DNA of 64,000 nt from NCBI GenBank assembly GCA_964627095.1, contig CAZVKH010000001.1:8451-72450 (forward strand), in the 5' to 3' direction. Below are positions 1-8,234 of the stretch, piece by piece. The notes beneath the pieces were generated by a model. The model was not told the origin of the DNA. It did no database searches and saw nothing but the letters and a program-made list of their open reading frames with translations. The translations under genes were made by a program, and so were the position numbers. The first letter of the stretch is position 1. Each line of letters begins with the position of its first letter. This DNA is from an uncultured Candidatus Saccharibacteria bacterium. GTDB lineage: Bacteria > Patescibacteriota > Saccharimonadia > Saccharimonadales > JAUPVS01.

Positions 1-849
1 AGACCTGTCGTACTGTATGAATCAGGCGATACTACTACCGAAAACATCTTAATGGCCGCTGCTTGTACACCTGGTGAAACCGTAATCAAGATGGCCAGCG
101 CCAACTACATGGTGCAAGACTTGTGTTTTTACTTGCAAAAAATGGGCGTCAAAATTAGCGGCATCGGTAGTAGCACCTTGCGCGTTCAAGGCTTGAAAGA
201 AATAAAAAAGAATGTCACTTACGCCCCCAGCGAAGACCCGGTTGAAGCCATGACTTTTGTGGCCGCCGCCATTACAACCGACTCCGAAATCACCATCAAA
301 AGAGTGCCGATAGAATTTATGGAATTAGAGTTATTGAAGCTGGAAAAGATGGGCCTTAACTATGTCATGACCAAGACCTACAAAGCCGAGAACGGCCAGA
401 CCGACCTAGTTGACCTAACCATCAAGAAGCACAATGGCAGCCTGATTGCCCCGCACGACAAGATTCACCCCAACATCTTCCCAGGCCTGAATATTGATCA
501 CCTGCCCTACTTTGTGCCCATCGCCGCCGTAGCCAAAGGTCGCACCCTGATTCACGACTGGGTTTACGAAGACCGCGCCCTGATGTATACCGAAATGAAA
601 AAAATTGGCGTCAGCGTCGAGCTAGCCGATCCGCACCGAGTTTATATAGAAGGTCCGACCCGCTTTAAGGCAGCCGACTTAGTTTGCCCCAGCGGTATTC
701 GCCCGGCCGTTATGATTTTGATTGGCATGTTGGCGGCTCCCGGTAACTCGATGCTACGTAACGTCTACACCATCAACCGTGGTTACGAAGATTTGGCCGA
801 TCGTCTGAATTCTTTAGGCGCCAAAATCACCGTTCTACACGAGCTATAG
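1..849 (+). CDS. murA: UDP-N-acetylglucosamine 1-carboxyvinyltransferase, C-terminal part (5' end outside window)
   Basis: Frame 1 is open from base 1 (RPVVLYESGDTTTENILMAAA...), so the Met at 52 is internal. The tail ...INRGYEDLADRLNSLGAKI resembles the conserved MurA C-terminus. Confidence 0.85.
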   Translation, partial: RPVVLYESGDTTTENILMAAACTPGETVIKMASANYMVQDLCFYLQKMGVKISGIGSSTLRVQGLKEIKKNVTYAPSEDPVEAMTFVAAAITTDSEITIKRVPIEFMELELLKLEKMGLNYVMTKTYKAENGQTDLVDLTIKKHNGSLIAPHDKIHPNIFPGLNIDHLPYFVPIAAVAKGRTLIHDWVYEDRALMYTEMKKIGVSVELADPHRVYIEGPTRFKAADLVCPSGIRPAVMILIGMLAAPGNSMLRNVYTINRGYEDLADRLNSLGAKITVLHEL

Positions 850-852
850 AAA

Positions 853-874
853 AAGACACCTTTGAAGGTGTCTT
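853..874 (+). terminator. stem-loop after murA (AAGACACCTT/AAGGTGTCTT), weak T tract
   Basis: 10-nt inverted repeat read directly 4 nt after the murA stop. The downstream T-run is poor. Confidence 0.4.
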
Positions 875-883
875 GATAATTCT

Positions 884-961
884 TGGGGCGAATGATGGGG
901 ATCGAACCCACTACCTCCGGAACCACAACCCGGCGCTCTAACCAGATGAGCTACATTCGCC
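884..961 (-). tRNA. tRNA-His (GTG)
   Basis: The reverse complement folds as a cloverleaf with anticodon loop TTGTGGT. An extra 5' G(-1) opposes C73, the tRNA-His hallmark. CCA is encoded. Confidence 0.85.
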
Positions 962-1011
962 TTAAACAGGGGTGATTATAGCGCATTAGCGGCATAACAA
1001 CAAGCTGTACA

Positions 1012-1088
1012 TGGTGCCCCGGGTAGGACTCGAACCTACGGCCTTGAGCTTAGAAGTCTCCTGCTCTATCCAACTGAGCTACCAGGGC
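1012..1088 (-). tRNA. tRNA-Arg (TCT)
   Basis: Acceptor GCCCTGG/CCGGGGC, T arm GTAGG-TTCGAGT-CCTAC, anticodon loop CTTCTAA. Very similar to E. coli argU outside the anticodon stem, which here has G27.A43 and A31.G39 mismatches. Confidence 0.75.
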
Positions 1089-1096
1089 ACATATGA

Positions 1097-1171
1097 TGGT
1101 GCGGGATACCGGAGTCGAACCGGTGTCCAAAGTTTGGAAAACTTTTATATTAACCGCTATACGAATCCCGC
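1097..1171 (-). tRNA. tRNA-Gly (TCC)
   Basis: Acceptor GCGGGAT/ATCCCGC, anticodon arm AAAGT-TTTCCAA-ACTTT, T arm ACCGG-TTCGACT-CCGGT, CCA encoded. Confidence 0.85.
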
Positions 1172-1200
1172 CTAATCAGGGCTATTATACCAGAGATGAA

Positions 1201-3627
1201 CTAACCTCGCTCGTCGAGCGTAGCTAACAATTCGGGGGCATCCAGCAACAGTACCTGCCCTGGGCTGGCCGTACCGGCTAGCAGCCGTTGCGCCACGACG
1301 TTTTCTACCGACCGCTGCACAACTCGGCGCAAGGGTCGGGCACCCAAACGGGGGTCATAACCTTTGTCTACAAGTAGCGCCTTGGCGGCATCGGTCAGGC
1401 TAACCGAAATTTTACGGCTTGCCAGAGTCTTATTAATACTGCCCATTAACAGGTCGACCACTTGCATCAGTTCTGGCTTAGTAAGTGGACGGAATAATAT
1501 AATCTCATCAAAACGGTTAATGAACTCAGGACGGAAGACGTTAGCATTGATAAGCTCGTTGACCAGCTCGTCTTCGAACTGCTCGAGCTGCTGGCCCTGG
1601 TCTATGCGCGCCCGAATATTCTCGGCGCCGGCGTTACTGGTGGCAATAATAATTGAGTCTCTAAAACTGATCGGTTTATTCTGTGAATCACGCAACATAC
1701 CTTCGTCGAGTAATTGCAGAAGCAGGTTCAGTACGTTGGGGTGGGCCTTTTCAATTTCATCAAATAAGACCACACTAAAGGGTTGTTTGGCAATTTGGGC
1801 ACATAGACTATAGGGGTCGGTGGCGCCGGTCGCCAGCAATCGGTTGGTGTCGTCGGGGTGCGAAAACTCATTAAGGTCAATTCGCACAATGCGGTCTTGA
1901 CCACCAAAATAGACATCGGCTAACGCCTTAGAAAGCTCGGTTTTTCCAACCCCGGTTGGGCCCAAGAACAAGAAAGTACCAATCGGCTTCTTTTCGTTAC
2001 CAACGCCAGTGCGGGCGCGTCTTAAAGCATCGCTCACCAGCTTAACGGCGCGCGTTTGGTTGATCATTCGTTGGTGAATCTTGGCCTCTAAGTTCAAAAG
2101 GGTATCTTTTTCTTCAAAGGTATCGGCTGTCTGGACCTTAATATCGAAGGATTTTTCGACACCCTGCTGAACTGAGCGGGCCGTAACAAAATGCTGCTGC
2201 TCCGGAAAGCCACAGGCTACATCAAGCAGCTTGAGTGCCTTACCAGGGAAGGCCTGCTCATGGATGTAGCGTTCGGCTAACTTGTAGGCCTCTTTAATGG
2301 CTTGATTCATTAGCACGACGCCATGTTTACCTTCGATAATTAATGTTTGATCTTCGATTACCTGAATAGTCTCTTCTTCGTTCAGCGGATTGACCACCAC
2401 TCGGTTTAGCGACTGGGTAAAGCCTGGGCTGGTTTGGGCAATCCTTAGCCATTCCTGATTGTCTAATGCCAATATAATCTTAAGGGCACCGCCTTCTAGA
2501 ACTGGCATCAGTACGCTGGACAAGTCCACAGAACCAGTACCTTCCCTTAGGAATAGCTGGGCTTCATCCAAGAACAAGACAACGTTCTTGGCGTGAATCG
2601 CTTCGTTAAAAATATGGATTAATAGTTCTTCAAGCTCACCCTTACCCTTGGCATTAGCGATCAGGTGTGATGCATTCAGCTCAATTACCTGCTGGTAACG
2701 CAAGTTCTGGGGAACATTTTTGGAATCTTGCAGAAGCCGCTGGGCCATGGTGTAGACCAGGGTTGTTTTTCCAACCCCAACATCACCCACCAAGACAGCG
2801 TTACGGCGACCAGGTTGAGCTAGTAAATGGATAATCTGATCAATTGTTTGGGCACGGCTATCGACTGGACGACGCAAGATGCCACCAGATTGCAAACCGT
2901 TGGTTATATTAAAGCCAACGTGGTTCAAAACTGGTGCCCAACCAAAACTAAGATCGCGGCCGACACCCCCGTAATGCCGCTTTTCGCGTTGGCGGTCGCG
3001 CATCATCCGCATATGATGACGCCAACTTACACCTCCCAGCACATCGTCACTATCAAGCTGTAGCTGAGCCAGGTGATGCTCATAGTGCGGTATCGACATT
3101 ACCAACCCAGCCACCAGAACAGCCGAATCGATCCGATCACTCGAAGTTGCCCGCGCAACATTAAGAGCAGTCTGCCAAACAACCGATTCTTGGGAACTCT
3201 CGGTCGATGACAGATTCTGCAAAAACTCCGGACCAATCGCAAAACGGGACCCGTAGAAATAGGCGCCCTGTTCATTGGCGACAAGTTTAGCCAGTGCCTG
3301 CGGTGACATATTGGGCTGCATCTTGGCCAATAGGCGCCGGCTAAGGACATCACTGACATCGCTGACAGTTTCGATTGACGATATCGGCGGCAAGTCCTTA
3401 AGCTCGCCGTAGTACCAAAAAAGCGGCATGGCTAGAGTGCCACTTAGGGCAAATAGTATATGGGCAATCATCTGCTGCTCAAAAAACACCCCCCAGAACC
3501 AAAAGAATAATGACAATACCACCGCCAACCAAGTGATTAGCCGCACAGATTGGTTATCTAAAATCTTTCCAAAGCGGGCTTTGGTGGCACGTGGACTTTG
3601 CAAATTGCAGTGAATCGGTGGGTTCAT
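1201..3627 (-). CDS. Clp/Hsp100-family double-AAA+ ATPase with N-terminal membrane anchor
   Basis: Two Walker A sites (GDVGVGKTT, GPTGVGKTE) and two Walker B sites (VVLFLDEA, VVLFDEIEKAH). Clp-type C-terminus GARPLRRVVQ. Two hydrophobic helices near residues 30-75. Confidence 0.8.
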   Translation of the reverse strand: MNPPIHCNLQSPRATKARFGKILDNQSVRLITWLAVVLSLFFWFWGVFFEQQMIAHILFALSGTLAMPLFWYYGELKDLPPISSIETVSDVSDVLSRRLLAKMQPNMSPQALAKLVANEQGAYFYGSRFAIGPEFLQNLSSTESSQESVVWQTALNVARATSSDRIDSAVLVAGLVMSIPHYEHHLAQLQLDSDDVLGGVSWRHHMRMMRDRQREKRHYGGVGRDLSFGWAPVLNHVGFNITNGLQSGGILRRPVDSRAQTIDQIIHLLAQPGRRNAVLVGDVGVGKTTLVYTMAQRLLQDSKNVPQNLRYQQVIELNASHLIANAKGKGELEELLIHIFNEAIHAKNVVLFLDEAQLFLREGTGSVDLSSVLMPVLEGGALKIILALDNQEWLRIAQTSPGFTQSLNRVVVNPLNEEETIQVIEDQTLIIEGKHGVVLMNQAIKEAYKLAERYIHEQAFPGKALKLLDVACGFPEQQHFVTARSVQQGVEKSFDIKVQTADTFEEKDTLLNLEAKIHQRMINQTRAVKLVSDALRRARTGVGNEKKPIGTFLFLGPTGVGKTELSKALADVYFGGQDRIVRIDLNEFSHPDDTNRLLATGATDPYSLCAQIAKQPFSVVLFDEIEKAHPNVLNLLLQLLDEGMLRDSQNKPISFRDSIIIATSNAGAENIRARIDQGQQLEQFEDELVNELINANVFRPEFINRFDEIILFRPLTKPELMQVVDLLMGSINKTLASRKISVSLTDAAKALLVDKGYDPRLGARPLRRVVQRSVENVVAQRLLAGTASPGQVLLLDAPELLATLDERG

Positions 3628-4094
3628 TTACCTACCCCTACTACCATCATTACCAAGCTAATCGGGAAGGCGAATGGTGCCAACGGCCACAAAGCAATAA
3701 AGATAACCCCGCTCAAAAATGCCAATAAGGCTACAAATAAACCTGTGAAGATGATGAAGCTGCGCGCAAAAAACCCGACAAAGCGTGAGATAACGTTATC
3801 CAAAAGAGCGTGCATCTGTACATCAATCGACCCACCGGCTTGGCTATAAGTTTGCTTAAAGGGCGAGAACCAAGTTTGTGCCAACGCTAAAATCGAAAAG
3901 GTTTCGTTGCACCACTTGAGCCTATCAACAATCGCTTTTTGCATCGCCCATTGCCAACCAGCACCGTACCACCAGCGGAGTCCAAGAAGAATGACCATAA
4001 CCAGTATTGTATCAGATAGCGCCAGAGAGCACACTTCTTGATATACTATAGGAACATGAAAAAACTTATCCACTATTTCAAGACTTACAAACAC
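3624..4094 (-). CDS. small polytopic membrane protein, co-translated with the Clp-like ATPase
   Basis: Hydrophobic ORF whose stop overlaps the Clp ATG (ATGA at 3624-3627). The start is uncertain; the Met at 3998 would avoid overlap with the divergent ATPase gene. Confidence 0.5.
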   Translation of the reverse strand: MFVSLEIVDKFFHVPIVYQEVCSLALSDTILVMVILLGLRWWYGAGWQWAMQKAIVDRLKWCNETFSILALAQTWFSPFKQTYSQAGGSIDVQMHALLDNVISRFVGFFARSFIIFTGLFVALLAFLSGVIFIALWPLAPFAFPISLVMMVVGVGK

Positions 4095-5894
4095 TTGGGC
4101 ATCGTCATCCTAGCCATAATTATGGCCGGAGCACTCGACCTAGGTGGCTACGAACGCTATGCCAACATTGTTTTAGGCGTAACCGCTTCGTTATCGGTTA
4201 TTCCATTACTCCTAGGCATGGTTCAAGACTTACGGGACGGCCAGTACGGTGTTGATATCCTTGCCGCCACCGCCATCATTTCTTCGGTGGCTCTGGGTGA
4301 ATACTGGGCCGGTATTGTTGTCGTATTAATGTTAACTGGTGGTGAATCGCTCGAAGATTACGCCGAACACCGGGCTAAGACCGAACTCGATGCCTTGCTC
4401 AGCCGAGCACCAAAGAAAGCTCACATTCTAAAAGGCAATAAGGTTACTGATGTGCTGGCCAGCAAGGTTCAGACCAACGACAAGCTTATTATTAAGCCCG
4501 GTGAGTTGGTGCCAGTCGATGCCGTTGTCATCGAAGGTCATGCCAGTCTTGACGAATCTAGCCTAACCGGTGAAAGCTTGCCGGTCGAAAAACACGCTGG
4601 CGATGAGCTACTCAGTGGTTCGGTTAACCTGGATGGCGTTCTGACCGTTAAAGCACTGCGACCGGCCGCCGACAGTCAGTACGAACAAATCATTAAGCTG
4701 GTGCGCGGTGCAGCCAGTAACCAATCACCATTTGTACGCCTGGCCGATAAATATAGTATTCCCTTCACGATTGTTGCCTACACCATCGCTATTAGCGTCT
4801 GGGTGGCTTCAGGTGACCCAATTAGATTTTTGCAAGTAATTATTGTCGCCACCCCTTGCCCACTATTACTAGCGGCGCCAATCGCATTAATATCCGGAAT
4901 GAGCCGAGCAGCGCGTCACGGTATTATAATTAAAACTGGCTCGGCCTTAGAAAAACTGGCTCAAGTAAAAACTATTGCCCTCGACAAAACCGGTACGTTA
5001 ACGGTAGGTAAGCCAGTTGTTGGTTCGATCAAGACTTTCAATAAACATAGTCAAAATAGTGTCCTGTCAGCAGCGGCCAGCCTTGAACAGGATTCAAACC
5101 ACATTTTAGCCAAGGCCGTTGTTGCCAAAGCCAACCAGGCAAACATTAAGACCTCTAAGGTAAAGAGCCTGCGTGAAGAAGCTGGTTACGGGTTAAGCGG
5201 CCTGGTTAACCGACAGCCTGTTTTAGTTGGCAATGCCTCACTCTTGCTTAAGCACGACGTTGACCTACCCAAGAAACTCCAAGACATGGCGGCCACAACC
5301 GCCTTTGTCGCCATAGACGGCGTCCTGGCTGGTACAATTGAATTTACCGATGAAGTCCGCCCGGAGTCTAAGTCAACGCTTCAGAGGCTCCGTGATGCCG
5401 GTGTACAGCACATTCTTATGATCACCGGCGATAACGTTGCAAGCGCCAAAGCAATTGCCAAAAAAGTTGGCATAAAAGATGTTCGAGCCAACTGCTTACC
5501 AGCCGACAAATTAACTGCTGTCGAAAATATTACCAACCGACCAGTTGCTTTTGTGGGTGATGGCGTTAACGACGCACCAGTTCTGACAGCCTCGGATGTT
5601 GGCATTGCTCTGGGTGCACGTGGCTCAGCGGCGGCCAGTGAATCAGCTGATGTAGTAATTATGCTCGACGACTTTGGTCGAGTCGCCACATCTGTAGAAA
5701 TCGCCAAGCGCACCTTCTTTATTGCTAAGCAAAGTATCCTGATTGGCATTTTTATTAGCGTCGGCTTAATGTTAATTTTTGCCACCGGTAAATTTAAGCC
5801 TATTTATGGTGCTGCTCTGCAAGAAGTCGTTGACGTGGCGGTTATCTTTAATGCCTTACGTGCCCACGGTTCTTGGCGCAAAAAAACTAGCTAG
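4056..5894 (+). CDS. P1B-type heavy-metal P-type ATPase (TPCP transmembrane motif, no N-terminal metal-binding domain)
   Basis: Motifs TGES, DKTGTLT, GDGVNDAP and VATPCPLLLAAP. I take the ATG at 4056 rather than the TTG at 4038. Confidence 0.85.
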   Translation: MKKLIHYFKTYKHLGIVILAIIMAGALDLGGYERYANIVLGVTASLSVIPLLLGMVQDLRDGQYGVDILAATAIISSVALGEYWAGIVVVLMLTGGESLEDYAEHRAKTELDALLSRAPKKAHILKGNKVTDVLASKVQTNDKLIIKPGELVPVDAVVIEGHASLDESSLTGESLPVEKHAGDELLSGSVNLDGVLTVKALRPAADSQYEQIIKLVRGAASNQSPFVRLADKYSIPFTIVAYTIAISVWVASGDPIRFLQVIIVATPCPLLLAAPIALISGMSRAARHGIIIKTGSALEKLAQVKTIALDKTGTLTVGKPVVGSIKTFNKHSQNSVLSAAASLEQDSNHILAKAVVAKANQANIKTSKVKSLREEAGYGLSGLVNRQPVLVGNASLLLKHDVDLPKKLQDMAATTAFVAIDGVLAGTIEFTDEVRPESKSTLQRLRDAGVQHILMITGDNVASAKAIAKKVGIKDVRANCLPADKLTAVENITNRPVAFVGDGVNDAPVLTASDVGIALGARGSAAASESADVVIMLDDFGRVATSVEIAKRTFFIAKQSILIGIFISVGLMLIFATGKFKPIYGAALQEVVDVAVIFNALRAHGSWRKKTS

Positions 5895-6541
5895 AATAAG
5901 GCTGTCTGTAAAACTACAGTAATAAGCAGGGGTACAAACAAGTTGTCGGTTCCAGCTACGGCTAGATTCTCTATAGCGGTGGCGGCCAAGGGTAGCCAGA
6001 TAAGTAAAGGCACAAGTGGCCAGGTCAAAACAGTCCCGCTAAGTATCACTGTGCCGGTTACTATAGTTAACGATAACGTAAAGAACATCAAGGTCCCGAC
6101 CAATGTCTTGGTGTAGTTACGAATACTGTATTTATGGATAATCCCGTACTTGGTGCCTACTATCGCTGCCAGACCATCAGCCAGAGACAGATGTAAAATG
6201 GCGGCTGTAAAGACTATTGGTTCTGGTGTTAACAGAGCCGTGACGCCTATTCCAATTGGAAAAAACAACTCTCCCCAGGTGCGACGATTAACGCTGTGAA
6301 CAGCATGAAAAATATGCTGTTGCATCGATATTATAATGACAGCCAAAAAGGCCAGGCTCATAAACTCTATTTCGCGCCAGGTTAAAAAATATGGCCAAAA
6401 GGCCACAAAGGTACCAACACCAATATGCACAAACTTGCGCGCCGACTCACCGCGCATAACTTTTAGGCGCCACAGTAGCTCAGAAACTGCCAGTATCGTA
6501 AACACCCCAGTTAAAGCTAACAGGAGTGGCACGTACTGCAT
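5891..6541 (-). CDS. CTP-dependent polyprenol/dolichol/phytol-kinase-like membrane protein (CdsA superfamily)
   Basis: Polytopic protein with motifs RKFVHIGVG, ADGLAAIVGTKYG and ENLAVAGTDNLFVP, typical of the phytol/dolichol kinase family. Confidence 0.6.
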   Translation of the reverse strand: MQYVPLLLALTGVFTILAVSELLWRLKVMRGESARKFVHIGVGTFVAFWPYFLTWREIEFMSLAFLAVIIISMQQHIFHAVHSVNRRTWGELFFPIGIGVTALLTPEPIVFTAAILHLSLADGLAAIVGTKYGIIHKYSIRNYTKTLVGTLMFFTLSLTIVTGTVILSGTVLTWPLVPLLIWLPLAATAIENLAVAGTDNLFVPLLITVVLQTALF

Positions 6542-7516
6542 CTACTTATTGGGCCTAAGATCTAGGAAGTTAGCGCTTTGTAAGTTCTGTAACTGGCGTG
6601 GTGCAATGTCGAAGGTTGGTCGCTTAACATGAGTTGCAACCGAACGTCTCTGCAAGACTGGCTCAATAAAGGCCGGGCGGGGTGCTGGCTGCGGTGACAC
6701 CTTGGGGGCCGGTGGCAACTGTGATGGGTGTTTTCGGCGCTGTTCTTTGGCAGCAGCCTGTGCAGCGGCATACTTTTTGGCCGCCTTGGCCCGGCGATTT
6801 GCTTTTCGGTTAGCTAGATACACAAAGAATACCGACAAGTTATACAGCAGTATTATCGGTAGAGCGATTAGGAATTGCGTTAGTGGGTCGTAGGTAAATG
6901 GCAAAACCAGGGCCAGGGCCAAACTGCCGACAATAACGTGGCGCTCGTACTTAAGCAGCTTGCGCGGTGACATCGGCTTGATGTGGTTGATGAACAAAAT
7001 AAGCAAAGGCAACTGGAACAGTAATATAAACGTCAGTATGCAAGCCAGTGCGAAGTTAAGGTAGTCGTCGGCTGATATAAGCGGATTAACACCTGTGATT
7101 TCGACACCCTGAAAGAAATGCAAGGACATTGGTAAGGCGCCAAAATATGCAAAGGCGGCGCCGGCTACTCCTAGGGTCAAGGAAAGAAGCGTCACCATGG
7201 TAATAAGGCGGCGGGTGATTTTTTTACCAACAGCTGGTTCAATAAACGATATTATATTGTAGATTAGAGCCGGTATAGCCAGGGTTATGCCCAGGATAAA
7301 GCAGATCTTCATAATAAAGTTGAACCCACCAGCCGGCGTGGTGTAGTAAAGCTGCTGGTTGAGCGGGGCCGTCATAAAGACGATTAGCTGATCATGAAAC
7401 ATATAGGCCACACCGGCACCCACTAGCAATAGCAATGCTGGCCAGGTCAGCCGGCGACGCAGTTCCTGGACATGTCCAGAAAAAGTTAGCTTTGGTTCCA
7501 TGATCTGCCCATCCAT
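6542..7516 (-). CDS. tatC: Sec-independent translocase TatC with a ~90-aa basic Ala/Lys/Pro-rich C-terminal tail
   Basis: N-terminus ...HVQELRRRL plus a six-helix TatC-like core. The tail is KANRRAKAAKKYAAAQAAAKEQRRKHPSQLPPAPKVSPQPAPRP... Confidence 0.85.
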   Translation of the reverse strand: MDGQIMEPKLTFSGHVQELRRRLTWPALLLLVGAGVAYMFHDQLIVFMTAPLNQQLYYTTPAGGFNFIMKICFILGITLAIPALIYNIISFIEPAVGKKITRRLITMVTLLSLTLGVAGAAFAYFGALPMSLHFFQGVEITGVNPLISADDYLNFALACILTFILLFQLPLLILFINHIKPMSPRKLLKYERHVIVGSLALALVLPFTYDPLTQFLIALPIILLYNLSVFFVYLANRKANRRAKAAKKYAAAQAAAKEQRRKHPSQLPPAPKVSPQPAPRPAFIEPVLQRRSVATHVKRPTFDIAPRQLQNLQSANFLDLRPNK

Positions 7517-7543
7517 CTCGAAGACCTCTCGTTTAGTTATGGA

Positions 7544-7726
7544 CTAGGCTTTTTTGGTGGCTTTTGACTTAGTAGCAGGCTCTGGTTCGTCGGCATCTGC
7601 AAAACCTTTGCGGATTTCTTTAGCCGACTGACCGACACTGCGTGCTAGTTCTGGTAGCTTTTTAGCACCAAACAGCAACAAAACAATCAATAAAACGATA
7701 ATTAATTCGTCTGTTTTTCCAAACAT
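7544..7726 (-). CDS. tatA: Sec-independent translocase TatA/E
   Basis: 60 aa: a transmembrane helix, then FGAKKLPELARSVGQSAKEIRKGF. GGAGG lies 10 nt upstream of the ATG. Confidence 0.85.
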   Translation of the reverse strand: MFGKTDELIIVLLIVLLLFGAKKLPELARSVGQSAKEIRKGFADADEPEPATKSKATKKA

Positions 7727-7799
7727 TCTTGTTGACCCTCCAAGAGTTATTATTTACAAGCATAATCATAGCAGGATTATGCTACTAAATAAAGCGTGA

Positions 7800-8027
7800 C
7801 TAAGAGCCTAAGATACTGCTTTTGACAGGGTTGCCGCCATAAGCCGACGAACCATAACCACTGGCCGCGCCCCGGCTCTGTTGACTGCTAGAGGTTGCGC
7901 CATGGTGCAATAAAGCCTTGATCATACCACTCACCCCGATTGCTGCTAAAAAGCCAGCACCAATATAACCAAGGAACTCTTTGCGGTCCATTTCCTTTTC
8001 AAAAATTGCTTGTATGTGTTTATGCAT
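7800..8027 (-). CDS. mini-protein with a Tat-signal-like N-terminus and a Gly/Ser-rich tail
   Basis: MDRKEFLGYIGAGFLAAIGVSG resembles the S/T-R-R-x-F-L-K motif plus an h-region (RK instead of RR). First gene of the tatA-tatC transcription unit. An alternative start lies at 7991. Confidence 0.5.
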   Translation of the reverse strand: MHKHIQAIFEKEMDRKEFLGYIGAGFLAAIGVSGMIKALLHHGATSSSQQSRGAASGYGSSAYGGNPVKSSILGS

Positions 8028-8234
8028 ATTTATTGTTTATTTAGTATTACTTAGGTTCATATTAGTGGTAATGGTTAGCCGATGTCAAGTAGTTTATGGT
8101 TATTTTGACAACTTCTTGCGGCGACGGTTTTTGAGCCATATATATAGAACTGTTAGGTTGTACAAAACTAAGGCGACAATTATTACTGTAAGCATGGTTC
8201 TATCATGATATAATTCCCCTTAAGTATACAGCTT

